Part shown: positions 51,120 to 62,485 of the stretch, in pieces
Position numbering within the stretch: the stretch's first letter is position 1
How the letters are laid out: the number at the start of each line of letters is the position of its first letter
From: Plasmodiophora brassicae
Lineage: Eukaryota
NCBI GenBank assembly: GCA_036867785.1
Contig: CP145415.1
Span: 868,001-932,000 of the forward strand
Length of the DNA: 64,000 nt
Direction: 5' to 3'
Position numbers and translations under genes: made by a program
Notes under the pieces: generated by a model
The model's database searches: none
What the model saw: only the letters and a program-made list of their open reading frames with translations
Told to the model about the DNA's origin: nothing

Positions 51120-52126
51120 TCACGTTCTGGGCCACCACAGGCAGCACGATGGGCTGGGGCCGATGTCCTCCGTCGTCAGGACGGCTGGTTCATTGTTGGG
51201 CAGCGTCGCTGATGCGGTTTCGGCACGACCATAGGGGGACATGGGAGCCGCTGAACGTGGCTGCGGCGCGCGGTAGGATCGCTCAGGGGCACTGTGCGGT
51301 CGGGTTTGGCCACAAGACACCATATTGCCCGACGATGTCTGATGGGATTGCACTCGCGGACCCGGATCTGAAACAGGGGACTGTGGATTTGATGGGCGAT
51401 GTCGGCTAGTTCGACGACGAGATGACTTTGGTCTAGGCTCTGCAGGGCGAGGAACGCCTGGGCCAACGTTTGGCATAGGATGAAGGTATAGTGCGGGATT
51501 CATCGGGACCAGGTAACGGTTGGGCGGTCGAGGCGGTAGCTGCATGGAAGGATGAGGATACGGGTCGTAATAGTAGTACGGCCAGTAGGAACCCCATGTA
51601 GGCACCGATGGGTTATACCCGTTGCAGTATATCGATGATGAAAGAGAGTCGGCCTGGGATCCCGAAGACGAAGAGCGACACTGAGGGTGAAGAATACCCA
51701 ATGGGATGTCATCCCCGCGATTATCCGGCTGGTATGCGGGTGACCGCTGCTGATGCGCCGAAGAGATTGTGTTGCGGTCGTCGCGCCGGCTCCCAGACGA
51801 TTTCGCACGCCGCTGCCACTACACCATAGTCAAATGGGTACACATTCGCGGTTACCGCATTAGTTCGGTACCGATCCATTGTCTCCGCCGCCATAGCGCC
51901 GTTTCGTTGCCGACCTAGCACGGTGTTTCCGACGATGTTCACGTTGCTCGACACCGCTGTCATGGAGGGTTTCAATTACTGTTGGTACGGGCGGGTTCGC
52001 GCTGCCCCCGCGACTTGGGCGGTAATGCCGTGGAGCCGGTGAGCGACCGCGTTCCTCGTGGTCAGTGGCAAACGCAGTGAGGAACAGCACGCCCACGGCG
52101 ATGACGAGAGGCAGATCCGGTCCCAT
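51120..52126 (-). CDS. Putative secreted low-complexity (Arg/Pro/Tyr-rich) protein; C-terminus may extend to about 50971
   Basis: MGPDLPLVIAVGVLFLTAFA signal peptide; an intron after GDNGS joins it in frame to ORF 51120-51701. Confidence 0.5.
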
Positions 52127-52383
52127 GACAGGCTGGCTGTGCACGGACAGCGTCCGCCGGTGCAATGTCAGCGCTGGACGACCCGAATCCTGTTGTTTGT
52201 GAGCTGACCCCGGCCTGCCAGCTGCTGCCTGCGGACCCACGGCAACTTCGCTCTGCAGGCGCTGCTATTCTTAGTTCCAGACCCAGCAGGCAGAACTTTC
52301 CGCCTGGAGCGTCCATGAGGCCTAACTGCTTGCTGTGATGCCTGAGCTGGTGACGACAATTCACCTATGTTTGCTGTACGACC

Positions 52384-55300
52384 CTACAATGGAGAGACTT
52401 TACTTCTGGGTGTCACCAGGGGCACGTTCGAGGAGGTTCGCCGCCGGCCCAGAATCATGGGAATCTTGCCCGATGCGGACAACACCCGCTTCTGCGTCGG
52501 CATCAGCAGTTGCCGTTCTCCTGCGTCGTCGTCGGCTAGGGCCGCGTCCGCCGACAGTCGGTGCGGGTCCCGTTTGCCGATGCGCGCATGCGAGGTGTGC
52601 ACGGACGGCGCCTTGTAGCTGTCGAGCAGGAGCGAAGACAGAACGACCGAGACGGACGACGCTGCCATGGCGGCGCCTGCCACAACCGGGGGCATGGCTC
52701 GATGGAAGAACGGATAGAACAGGCCGGCAGCGCCCGGTATCGCCAGCATGTTATAGACAACGGCCAGTATCAGGTTGAGGCGGATACGATTCATCGCCCG
52801 CGACGACAGGTCCAGGGCGGTGACCACCTCGATCAGCGACGACTTCATCAGGACGATATCGGCGGCGGCCATGGCCACATCGGCGCCGCAGCCCAACGCA
52901 ATGCCGACGTCCGCCGTCGTCAGCGCCAACGAATCGTTGATGCCGTCGCCCACAAACGCGACCACATGCCCCTGTGGCCAGACTATGGTGAGCGCGCAGC
53001 ACACAAGCCACCAGTGCGCAGGGCTTGTACCTGTCGTTGCAGCTCCTCAACGATCTGCGCCTTGCCCATCGGCAGCTGCTGACTGCAGGTCCGGTCTAGT
53101 CGTATCCCGACCTGTCGGGCAATGGCGCCCGCGACGCGGTCGTTGTCCCCGGTGACGATGTACGAATGGATGCCCATGCGGTCGAGGTGGGCGATGACGT
53201 CGGGGGCTTCCGGCTTGCAGGCGTCCGCTAACCCGATGACGGCACAGGGCGCGCCGTTAACCGCGACGATCACATGCGACTGGCCTTGCTGGTCGCATCG
53301 GTCGATGGCCGACGCGATCCATGTGTCGGCGTCCGCCCAGGTCACGTCGTTCTGTCCCAGCCATTGCTTGGACCCGATCACGATGTCGTCGCCCGACTTC
53401 GTTTCGGCTCGGACGCCGGCACCGGTGCGGGCGGTGAACTGGGCCGGAGGCAGGATGTGCCCGCAGCCGATGCGCCCGAGCGCCGTCGAGTACAGGGCGC
53501 GCCCGACCGGGTGCTCCGACTGCAACTCGGCGCATCCGACCATGCTCCAGACCCAGTCGGCCGTGCGAGATGGGTCCAGATCGCACGACACAACGTGTGG
53601 GGCGCCTACAGTCAGCGTGCCCGTCTTGTCGAACAGGACCACGGTGGCCTTGGACGCCGCCTCCAGCACAGCGCCGCCCTTGATCAAGATGCCGAGCCTG
53701 GCAGCGACCCCGGTCGCCACCATGACCGCCGTCGGCGTCGCCAATCCCAGCGCGCATGGGCACGATATGACCGTCACCGAGATCGCGAACATGAATGCGA
53801 ACAGGAAGTCATCGACGTGGGGAGGGACCTGCACCGGATGTCAGTCGCGACCTGGATGTCGTGGCGAAGAAGAGCACCGACCTTCGCTTCCGCTGGGAAT
53901 ACACCCGTCTTTAGGAGCGCGTACCAGATGATGAACGTCAGCATCGATAGCGTGACGACACCGGGAACGAATATGGCGGCGACCTTATCGGCCTGGGCCT
54001 GGATCGGAGCCCGTCTGGCCTGCGCGTCCTCGACGGTTCGTATCATCTGCCCCAGAGCCGTATCGGCGCCCGTCTTCGTCAGACGCACGACGACGACGGC
54101 GTCAATGTTCGTCGTGGCGCTCAGGACCATGTCGCCGTTGGCCTTGGGGACCGGCGACGATTCGCCCGTGAACACGGCCTCGTTGACCGCGGTCTCTCCC
54201 ACCACAATGACGCCGTCGCCAGGGAACGCAGCGCCGGCGTGCACGACGACATGGTCGTCGGCCTCCAGCAGGGACACGTCGATCTGGGTCTGGCGCCCGG
54301 CAAGGTTCAGGTCGGGGTTGTCCAGCAACACTGCATGCGACGGTGCCAATTGCATCATGCCTCGTAACGCCGACCGCGTTGCTTGCTTCGCGTGCATCTC
54401 CAGGTACTTCCCCAGCAGGACGAACGTGATCAGCAGCGCTGACGATTCGAAGAAGGTCGGCAACTCGTCCTGCAACCCGTCAGGCATCACGATACGGCGG
54501 TAGTATGTGGCAGTCGGGTACCTCTGTGTCCACACTGGACAGCATGGCCAGCAATGAGAACAGAGAATAGGCGTAGGCGGCCGTCGTGCCCAGAACGACA
54601 AGAACGTCCATGGTGGGCGTCCCAGATCGAAGGGCATGGGACGCACGCCTGTAGAACGTCCGACCGATGACGAACTGGACCGGCGTTGCCAGCAGTGCCA
54701 GGAGCAGTGTCCCCACCGAGCATTGCTGAACGGCTTTGGCCTTGAACGACGGCATCATGCAGATCGGGCCCATCGGCAGCGTTAGCGCCATGGCGTACAC
54801 CAGCTGGTTCAGCAACCGTTTCGAGTCGTGGTCCTCGTTCGACGATCGCATAAGGTTGTCGGTGGCGGCGGCGCTGCCCGCCACGCGCCTGCAATCGTGA
54901 ACGCCCGACTGGGCCAGCGCGGCCAGAACGTGTCGCACGCGGCACGTTGCCGGGTCGTACACCAGCTGGACGTCGTGGGACGACGGGATGCGCTCGACGG
55001 AGATGACGCCGGGCACCGCACAGATCACCTCCAGGTGCCAGTCCTGGATCGGATGCGGGAACGTGATCCGCCCCAGGCCGGCGTTCGTGTCGCCGTTGTC
55101 GCCGGGCACACAATCGTACCCGATGGCTTCGACCGTGTCGCAGCATTGCGATACGGATACGTCGGTGGTGGTGCAAACGACGAGCGCCCGCCCCGTCACG
55201 AGGTTGACATGGGCTTCACGAACCCCGTTGATGGAGAGCAGGGCGCGTTCGACCGCCCCAGAGCAGACGCCGCAGGTCATCCCCGAAACCTGCAACGCCA

Positions 55301-55403
55301 TCTGCCGCTCCTTCACCACCGGCGCCTCGTCATCGCTCGACGACGACAGCTCGTCCGAGACGTCCGTCAGGTCCTCGTCAATGGCAACGGCGACGTCCGA
55401 CAT
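52384..55403 (-). CDS. P1B-type Cu(I)-transporting ATPase (ATP7/RAN1/CCC2-like)
   Basis: [47 protein letters not shown] and MAASS Cu-site motifs. Confidence 0.95.
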
Positions 55404-55743
55404 GTTCTCTTGGCGCGGGGCGGCGTTCGGTGATTCACGAATGGCCACGCGCGCGCTCTGCCTCTGCCCGTCCAGGCACAGGCGGGTGGCCAATGACGAC
55501 CCCACCCAATATCAAGTGTGACTAGATGAGCTGTCGTCGAAGACACTGTGTGGAATCTGGTCGGCCACTGCTGCAGTCAGCGGCGGGCGTTTCCGCATCG
55601 TCGACGGTTGAACTTTGAACGTTCGTTCTTACTGGCACTGTTTCGATACGCGCGCGCTCTTGACGATTGGCCACCACCCGCCCCAGCCATATAATAGTAC
55701 GGTCGACGATAGTGATGTTACTCCATAGTCTCACTCGGTAGCC

Positions 55744-57317
55744 ATGGTGGCGATTACCGAGACAGCCGTGTACGTGTGGACGGCGTTCAGCGCTGTGCAG
55801 ATGGTGTTCCATCCGATAGCGCTGGCGTGGTACTGGCGGCGAATGGACTGCACGCCGGTCAAACAGCGACTGCCGGTGCACTTCCTGTTCGCCAACTGCT
55901 TCCTGAGCGGTTGGGCGATATGGAGCTGCCTGCAGTACCCGGTGTCCAGCTATATCAGCGTGTTCCTGGACCAGGCCATCCTCCTGTCGGTGGCCTCGCC
56001 CTGCTGCGACACTTACGTAAGAGCCCGAGCCGGCGCATCGTCGTGACGACGCGCCTCACATCGTCCGCTAGATCGTCATTGCGCTTTCGCTCTTCGCGGC
56101 GTTCAATCGGGCCGACAAGATGCTCAAGCTGAACGCGGCGACGTCACGCTGGACGACCTGGCAGCTTCGCGCATCGGCATGGCTGATGAAGTGGCAGTTT
56201 GCCGTCACGTTCATAGCTGTCAGCTGGCTAGCGACGCTAGCATTCCAGATCATATATTGCGTCAGTCACCCTGACTTGTTCAACCTGACGTACCACGACG
56301 TGAAGGTCGTCGTCGGCAACGACGCAAGCGTATTGATCGGCGTTGCCGTTTACAAATCAATGTTCAGCTTCATCTTGCTGCTCCTTCTGTCGTGGAAGCT
56401 GTACCCACCCGTCAGACACGGGCCACCGTGCGTATGACTGATGATGACGGTAGGCGGATCGTCGTGGACGCGTTTGGCGTGAAGATCCTGCTCAAGCGGA
56501 TCGGGATGGCCGCCGTCGTCGGTGGCATTCAGTTCGTCTTCTTCCAGGCGCCAATCAATTCCGCGTTTGGCGACAAGTTCAACTACTCCTTGGCCGTCCT
56601 CGTCCTCGTGGCCAACTACATTATCGTCATGTAGGGCCGAACACGCTTGCCGACCCTGCTGAACGTTGACCGGAGCGGTTGCAGGTCCGTGTGCGTTCCG
56701 ATTTGGCAAACGTACAAGAGGAACGCGGAGACGTTACCGGTGACACACAACCCCAGCATACAGCTGGAGGCGCTGCTGAAGACACCGGAAGGTTTCGCGG
56801 CGTTCAGGTACGCCCTTGCACAGCGACATTCGCGCCGGCGCGTGCGGCGCTCACGACCGTTCAAATATTCAGGGACCACATGAAAACCGAGTTTGCAGTG
56901 GAGAACGTCCTGTTCTTCCGCGATGCCTACGAATTCCGCAAAGAGTTCTTCGTGAACAGCGAGGAGTCGCGCCGCCGGGCGACGGCCATCTTCACCACGT
57001 ACCTGTCGCCGGATGCGCCACTCGAGGTGAACATCCCATCGCCGATGTCGGCCTTCTTCCGGACAGCCGCATTCAACGACGACGGGACTGTGAACGATTC
57101 GGCGTTCAAGCCGGACCTGTTCGCGGCCGCCGCCCACGTCATCCTGCAGCTGATGGAGGTCAACTCGCTCGACAGGTTCAAGCAGGCCCAGCCCGCCGCC
57201 TGGAACGCCTTCGTCGCGCGACAGAACGAGCAGGCCGTCCTCCATACGATCCACACTCCACGTTTCCCATCGCACCGTCAGTCGAACTCGGAAAGCGGCA
57301 AGCGCACGTCCAATTGA
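55744..57317 (+). CDS. 7TM-RGS protein (multi-pass membrane domain fused to an RGS domain)
   Basis: Multiple hydrophobic segments in exons 55744-56700; RGS motifs LLKTPEGFAAF-R-DHMKTEFAVENVLF, IFTTYLSPDAPLEVNIP, ILQLMEVNSLDRF. Confidence 0.88.
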
Positions 57318-57471
57318 GGGGCAGGCGCAACACCAACGGGCCGCAACGCAGTCGGGGTGGCGACTGATTAGGACGCCGTCTGGGTACGGATTGGCGCGCT
57401 CTTCCCATAAAACTCTTCGGCGTAAACCCGCATTAGGTACCTACTATCATCGTCCCGGCGAGCAGCAGCCG

Positions 57472-58872
57472 ATGGCGCCCCTGTTCGCGGATATGGGCCT
57501 GCTGGCCATCGTGGCCGTTGCCGTGGTGGCGGTGCCGCCGGCCGCCGGTCTCGTAGTCTGGTCGCCGGACGACGGGCGCGCCTACGACTGTGTGGGGGAT
57601 GATGCCGTTCGCAACTGTAGCATGGGATCGAGGGCATACCAGGTGCAGTTTGTCATTGACGCGCGTGGCCACGTTCTCGAATCGCTGGAGGTCTTCACAG
57701 GTGGGTCGTCGTCTGGGGCACCATGCGGAATAGTCAACGATGGTCTGAAATCTGCCGGCGATTGGTTTGGCAGCGAACAAAGCGCCCGCTGATGTGACGG
57801 CCGATACGCTGAACACGGTCCGGGCCCGGTTGTTCACGTTGAACCCGAATCTGACGGCGGTCTCCGCTGGCGAATGGGACGAAATGGTGACCGACAGGCG
57901 GTGGGACCGGATGTCCCGATCGTATCGGATCAAGCGAATGACGTTCGAATCCGGGACGGCGCTCAACATGACGCTATACGTGCACCTTGCCGATGTGTTC
58001 CTCGTCAGGGTCATGTTACCCAAGGCGGTGCACAGCGTCCGGATTCGCATGCACGCCTCAGCGGACGACGACCCTGTTCCAGCGGGTTCCGACACGGCCG
58101 TCGGCAGCGCTTCCGTCGTCCACATTGCTGTGACATTGTTCGGGGTCCTTGCTGGTCTTGCCGGCTTGACGACAGCGCTCATCAGACGTGCCCGCTCCCG
58201 AGACCTGTCTCAAGGCCATGTGGCGCTTGATGACATTGGAACGGTCGCCGTTGCTACCGTGTCCGCGAAGAGGCCCGTCCTGGCACGAGTCATCCCGATG
58301 GGTGCGCCCAGGTGCGATCTTTGTGGAACCTTGCCATCCTCTGATCGCGACCCTACTGCAGGTGCGTTCTTCAGTGACGGGGGACGCCGGGTACGCGCCG
58401 TTGTCGTTGGAGTATGCAATCCGGCGCGAAACGAAATCGTGTCCGTCGGCATTCTGCATGTCACGTCGAACGCAACCAAGATCTCAGCCATGTGCAGAGG
58501 GCGGATCATAACAGTCAGGCGCCTGCCCCGTCGCACTCCACTGCTGTGCTGACCTCTGTGCGCCGCCGCTAGGACCCGCTCCCCGAGTACAAGTGCAGGA
58601 GCAGCCACACGCCCGATGTCTGGCTGGACGCAACACAGGTCTGCTGTAATGCGCATTTGACAACAATACATGGCCCTGAAACGACAACGCAGGTCTGGAC
58701 GGTGCTCGCCGACGGGCTCTCGACGGTCCACGATTCTGGGTGCGGCACCGACGCCGTGCTTCCCTGGCTCGAGCTTGCGTCTCCCCGATTCGACGGCGTC
58801 GCCTGCGGCAGGCAGGCCGCCCCCGAAGGCGTCACCACGACGAGCGACCTGCTAAAAGCCGACCAGTGCTGA
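57472..58872 (+). CDS. Uncharacterised single-pass membrane protein (signal peptide, TM, Cys-containing cytosolic tail)
   Basis: Signal LLAIVAVAVVAVPPAAG; TM VVHIAVTLFGVLAGLAGLTTALI; successive ORFs joined by GT-AG introns. Confidence 0.55.
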
Positions 58873-58963
58873 ACGGAACGGTGTGTGTGCAATCGTCTGC
58901 ATTGTATGGGTAGGACGGCACGCCATTCCTCGTTCGACGTCGGTCGGAATCGGGTCGGCCCGT

Positions 58964-61900
58964 TCACCAGGCGACTTTGGCGAAGAACGACCTCGGGTAA
59001 TTACGAACCATGTACTTGCGGCCCTCGTCGGCGAGGATCAGGGCGATGGCGCACGGGATCGGGTACAGCCAGAAGACGCCGGGCACGTATCCAAACTTGA
59101 AGATGTTCGGGTTGCCCGGCGCCGTCGACACGTACACGTTCATCAGGGCGACGAACACGTGCACGACGACGCAGACCATCAGCGCCTTGTTCTGCCGGGG
59201 GCCCCAGAACGGGTTCGAGTTCAGGATCGAGGAGCGCCGGTTCCGGCTCGTCAGGATGTTGCCGACCTGCATCACCGTGATCGTCACGTAGAAGATGGAC
59301 TGGGCGACCGCCAGGTCGGCGTTCAGGACGTCCACGTTGGTGCCGTTGCCCCAGTGGTCGAACTGGAGGAGCAGGTCGCTGATGCCCAGGCCCTTCTGCT
59401 TCCAGTACAGGAAGAACATGCCGAACGAGGTGACCCAGATGAAGACGCCGATGAAGGCGTAGATGTGCAGGAAGAACTTCCAGTCGACCAGGCGCTGCCG
59501 GCGGATGTTCCTCGGCTTCTGCCGCATCAGGTCGGACTCGGGCTTCTCGAACATGAGCGAGATCGACATGGTGACGTCGTGGACGATCGAGAAGATGACC
59601 TGCTGGTAGGCGGTCAGCGGGATCTGCATCCCCAGGAACACGTTCGACAGGACGGCCATCAGCTCCGTGTACGACCCGGCCGGCATCACGTACAGCGTCA
59701 CCTTGCGCAGGTTCTCGAACACCAGGCGCCCGTTCTGCACATACACACACAGCAACACGATTCGCTCAGCACGGCGGGGCGGCACACACACATACACACG
59801 CGCGCGCGCCCTAACCTCAATGGCAATCGGGATGGACGCGAAGTCGTTGTTGAGCAGGACGACCTGGGCGGCCTCCTTGGCGACGTCGCTGCCGGCGCCC
59901 ATGGCCAGGCCGACGTCGGCCGTCTTCAGCGCCGGCGCGTCGTTGACGCCGTCGCCGGTGACGGCGACGACGTTGTCGCCGCGTCTCTGGAACTGCTGCA
60001 CGATCAGCATCTTCTGTTCCGGGGTGGTGCGCGCGAACACGATCTCGTCGTAGAACGTGGCGATGACGTTCCAGTCCTGCGGCTCCAGGTTGCAGACGTC
60101 CTCGCCGGTCAGCACGACGGCCCGGTGCGCCTGCCCGTCCGCCGGTTTCATGTCGGGCAGGGACAGGGCGCCCGCCCGCGTGTACAGGTCCCGCTGCGAC
60201 CGCATCGCCTGCAGGTCCTCGACCTGCGCCGACGTCACGATGCCGACCTGGCGGGCGATCGCCTCGGCCGTCAGGCGGAAGTCGCCGGTGACCATGCAGA
60301 CGCGTACGCCGGCGCCCCGCATGGCGCCGACCGCGCTGGGCACGTCGTCGCGCGGCGGGTCGCAGATCGACATCAGGCCAACGATGCACAGGTCGTGCAG
60401 CTGCGTCTCGATGAACTTCTTCATGAACTCCTCGTCGTGGGCGTGCAGGTCGCGCACCGCCAGCTTCTTGTAGCAGGCGACGATGACGCGGCGGCCGTCG
60501 CGCGACCACCGCTCCTGCGTCCGGTCGAACTGGGTCGACAGCGCCTCGGTGAGCGGGCGCTCGGTGCCGTCGGCGCCGACGACCTTGGTGCAGAACCCGG
60601 TGAGGATGTCGGGCGCCCCCTTCATGTACAGCTCGAGGTCGCCCGTCGCCGCCGACCGCACGATCACCAGCATCCACTTCGTCTTGCTGTTGAACGGGAT
60701 GTTGTAGACGCGCGTGTACGCCTCGTCGAGGGCGTCCAGGTCGGCGCAGGCCGCTGCCAGCTTGAAGGCGGCGACGTCGGTGGAGTTGCCGCGAACCGGG
60801 CGGTCGCCCCCGTTGACGGCGGCGGCGGCGCCATGGTCGCCGGATTCCTCGTACGACGCGTCGTTGCACAGGTAGGCGATGCGCAGGAGCAGGCGAACGG
60901 CGTCGGTCTGCTTCATGTCCTGCACGGCGTCGAACGTGTGGTCGGCGAGGCCGACGCCCTGGACGAACATCTTGCCCTGGGTCAGCGTCCCCGTCTTGTC
61001 CGAGCACAGGATCGACATGGCGCCCGCCGCCTCAATGATGGACAGGTTCTTGACGAGGACCTTGCGGGCCGCCATGAGGCGCGCCACGATCGTCAGGGCC
61101 AGCGCGACGCAGACGGGCAGGCCCTGCGGCACCATCGACGTCAGGCAGCCGATCGAGTCGATCAGCGCCGTCTGCAGGTTGGCGAAGTTGGCGTGGGCCG
61201 GGTACGTGTAGAACCCCCAGAACAGCATGGCCAGGCTGAACAACAGGACGGCGATGATGCTGACGATGACGGTGAACCGGTTGATGTCGGCCTGCAGCGC
61301 CGTGCTCTGCGTCTTCGGCTTCGTCGACAGGTGGAAGATGCGCCCGATGACGGTCTCGTCGCCGATGGCGAACACGACGCCGACGGCGCTGCCCTGGACG
61401 ACGAACGTCGACGACAGGGCCAGGTTCTGCGTCTCCAGCGGGTTCGCATCGGTCATCGACACCGACCCCGGGATGGGCTCCGATTCGCCCGTCAGCAGCG
61501 ACCGATCGAAGCGCAGGTCGGGCGACACCTCCAGCAGGCGCAGGTCGGCGGGCACGCGCTGCCCCAGCGACAGGTGGACAACGTCGCCTGGCAGCAGGTT
61601 GTCCGCGTTGATCTCTATCTTGGCGCCGTCGCGGACGACGGTGGCCGACTCGCTGACGAGCGTCTTGATCGCCTTCATGACCTGGCTGGCGTTGTAGTCG
61701 ACGGCGGCGTAGAAGACGGTGGACACGACGATGACCAGCCCGATGAGGACGGCGACGCCCAGGTTGAAGATCTGCGGGTCCGGTTCGCCCAGCGGGTAGT
61801 AGGACAGGATCGTGACGATCATGGCGATCCACATGAGGCTGTTGAACCCGCCGAAAACGTACCCGAGGCCCTTGCGGATCCAGTTGGACTTCGCCGGCGT

Positions 61901-62311
61901 GATGCGGTTGACCCTGCCGCGTTTCGCCAGCGCCGTCACCTGCGACGACGTCAGGCCCGTCGTGCGGTTCGTGTCCAGCGTGTCGATGGCCTGGTCGGGC
62001 GTCAGCTGGTGCACCGTGATCTGGCGGATGGCGGCGGCCGGGTCCTCGTGTTTGCCATGGCCGCCGGCCTGAAGCTTGACCTTGGCGGCCAGGTCCAGGG
62101 CGTGCGTCGTCGACATGGTGCGGAACACGACGATCGACTCCATGTTCTCGACCGTGTTCCGCTCCGACGGCGACGTCGGCGCCCTCAGCACCCTGCTGGA
62201 CGCGTCGAACCGCATCGAGGCCTGCCGCCTGCTGTCATGGCCGAACGGGATCGACACGTGCTGCTCCGGCTGACGCTGGGCCTCGTGCGCGCTCGCCTCG
62301 TCGTCCCGCAT
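58964..62311 (-). CDS. P2C-type (Na,K/H,K-like) P-type ATPase alpha subunit with atypical PQGL motif
   Basis: SLLTGESEP, CSDKTGTLTQ, FNSKTK, MKGAPDI, DPPR, VTGD, FARTTPEQK, TGDGVNDAPALK; in-frame 81-nt intron 59735-59815. Confidence 0.93.
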   Translation of the reverse strand: MRDDEASAHEAQRQPEQHVSIPFGHDSRRQASMRFDASSRVLRAPTSPSERNTVENMESIVVFRTMSTTHALDLAAKVKLQAGGHGKHEDPAAAIRQITVHQLTPDQAIDTLDTNRTTGLTSSQVTALAKRGRVNRITPAKSNWIRKGLGYVFGGFNSLMWIAMIVTILSYYPLGEPDPQIFNLGVAVLIGLVIVVSTVFYAAVDYNASQVMKAIKTLVSESATVVRDGAKIEINADNLLPGDVVHLSLGQRVPADLRLLEVSPDLRFDRSLLTGESEPIPGSVSMTDANPLETQNLALSSTFVVQGSAVGVVFAIGDETVIGRIFHLSTKPKTQSTALQADINRFTVIVSIIAVLLFSLAMLFWGFYTYPAHANFANLQTALIDSIGCLTSMVPQGLPVCVALALTIVARLMAARKVLVKNLSIIEAAGAMSILCSDKTGTLTQGKMFVQGVGLADHTFDAVQDMKQTDAVRLLLRIAYLCNDASYEESGDHGAAAAVNGGDRPVRGNSTDVAAFKLAAACADLDALDEAYTRVYNIPFNSKTKWMLVIVRSAATGDLELYMKGAPDILTGFCTKVVGADGTERPLTEALSTQFDRTQERWSRDGRRVIVACYKKLAVRDLHAHDEEFMKKFIETQLHDLCIVGLMSICDPPRDDVPSAVGAMRGAGVRVCMVTGDFRLTAEAIARQVGIVTSAQVEDLQAMRSQRDLYTRAGALSLPDMKPADGQAHRAVVLTGEDVCNLEPQDWNVIATFYDEIVFARTTPEQKMLIVQQFQRRGDNVVAVTGDGVNDAPALKTADVGLAMGAGSDVAKEAAQVVLLNNDFASIPIAIEVRARARVYVCVPPRRAERIVLLCVYVQNGRLVFENLRKVTLYVMPAGSYTELMAVLSNVFLGMQIPLTAYQQVIFSIVHDVTMSISLMFEKPESDLMRQKPRNIRRQRLVDWKFFLHIYAFIGVFIWVTSFGMFFLYWKQKGLGISDLLLQFDHWGNGTNVDVLNADLAVAQSIFYVTITVMQVGNILTSRNRRSSILNSNPFWGPRQNKALMVCVVVHVFVALMNVYVSTAPGNPNIFKFGYVPGVFWLYPIPCAIALILADEGRKYMVRNYPRSFFAKVAW

Positions 62312-62485
62312 CGGGGGCTGCGTTCCAGAACGATTCGTAAATGACCAGACGGTCAGTTGCTCTGGCACGCGACACTCCCGCCAGGGCATGCTCCACTGGC
62401 GAAAATATCGCCAGTCTCGTGACGTTATTAGCAGGGCGCCCTCCGGGTCCCGCGTTCCAAGTCAGGTCGTCAACGGTGCCCGAAT

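Noticed and set aside
26136-55403. Copper gene cluster (multicopper oxidase plus Cu-ATPase)
   Set aside because: About 25 kb and many unrelated genes apart; no evidence of clustering
58883-62344. 1153-aa plus-strand ORF
   Set aside because: Antisense shadow of the GC3-rich P-type ATPase; no motifs of its own
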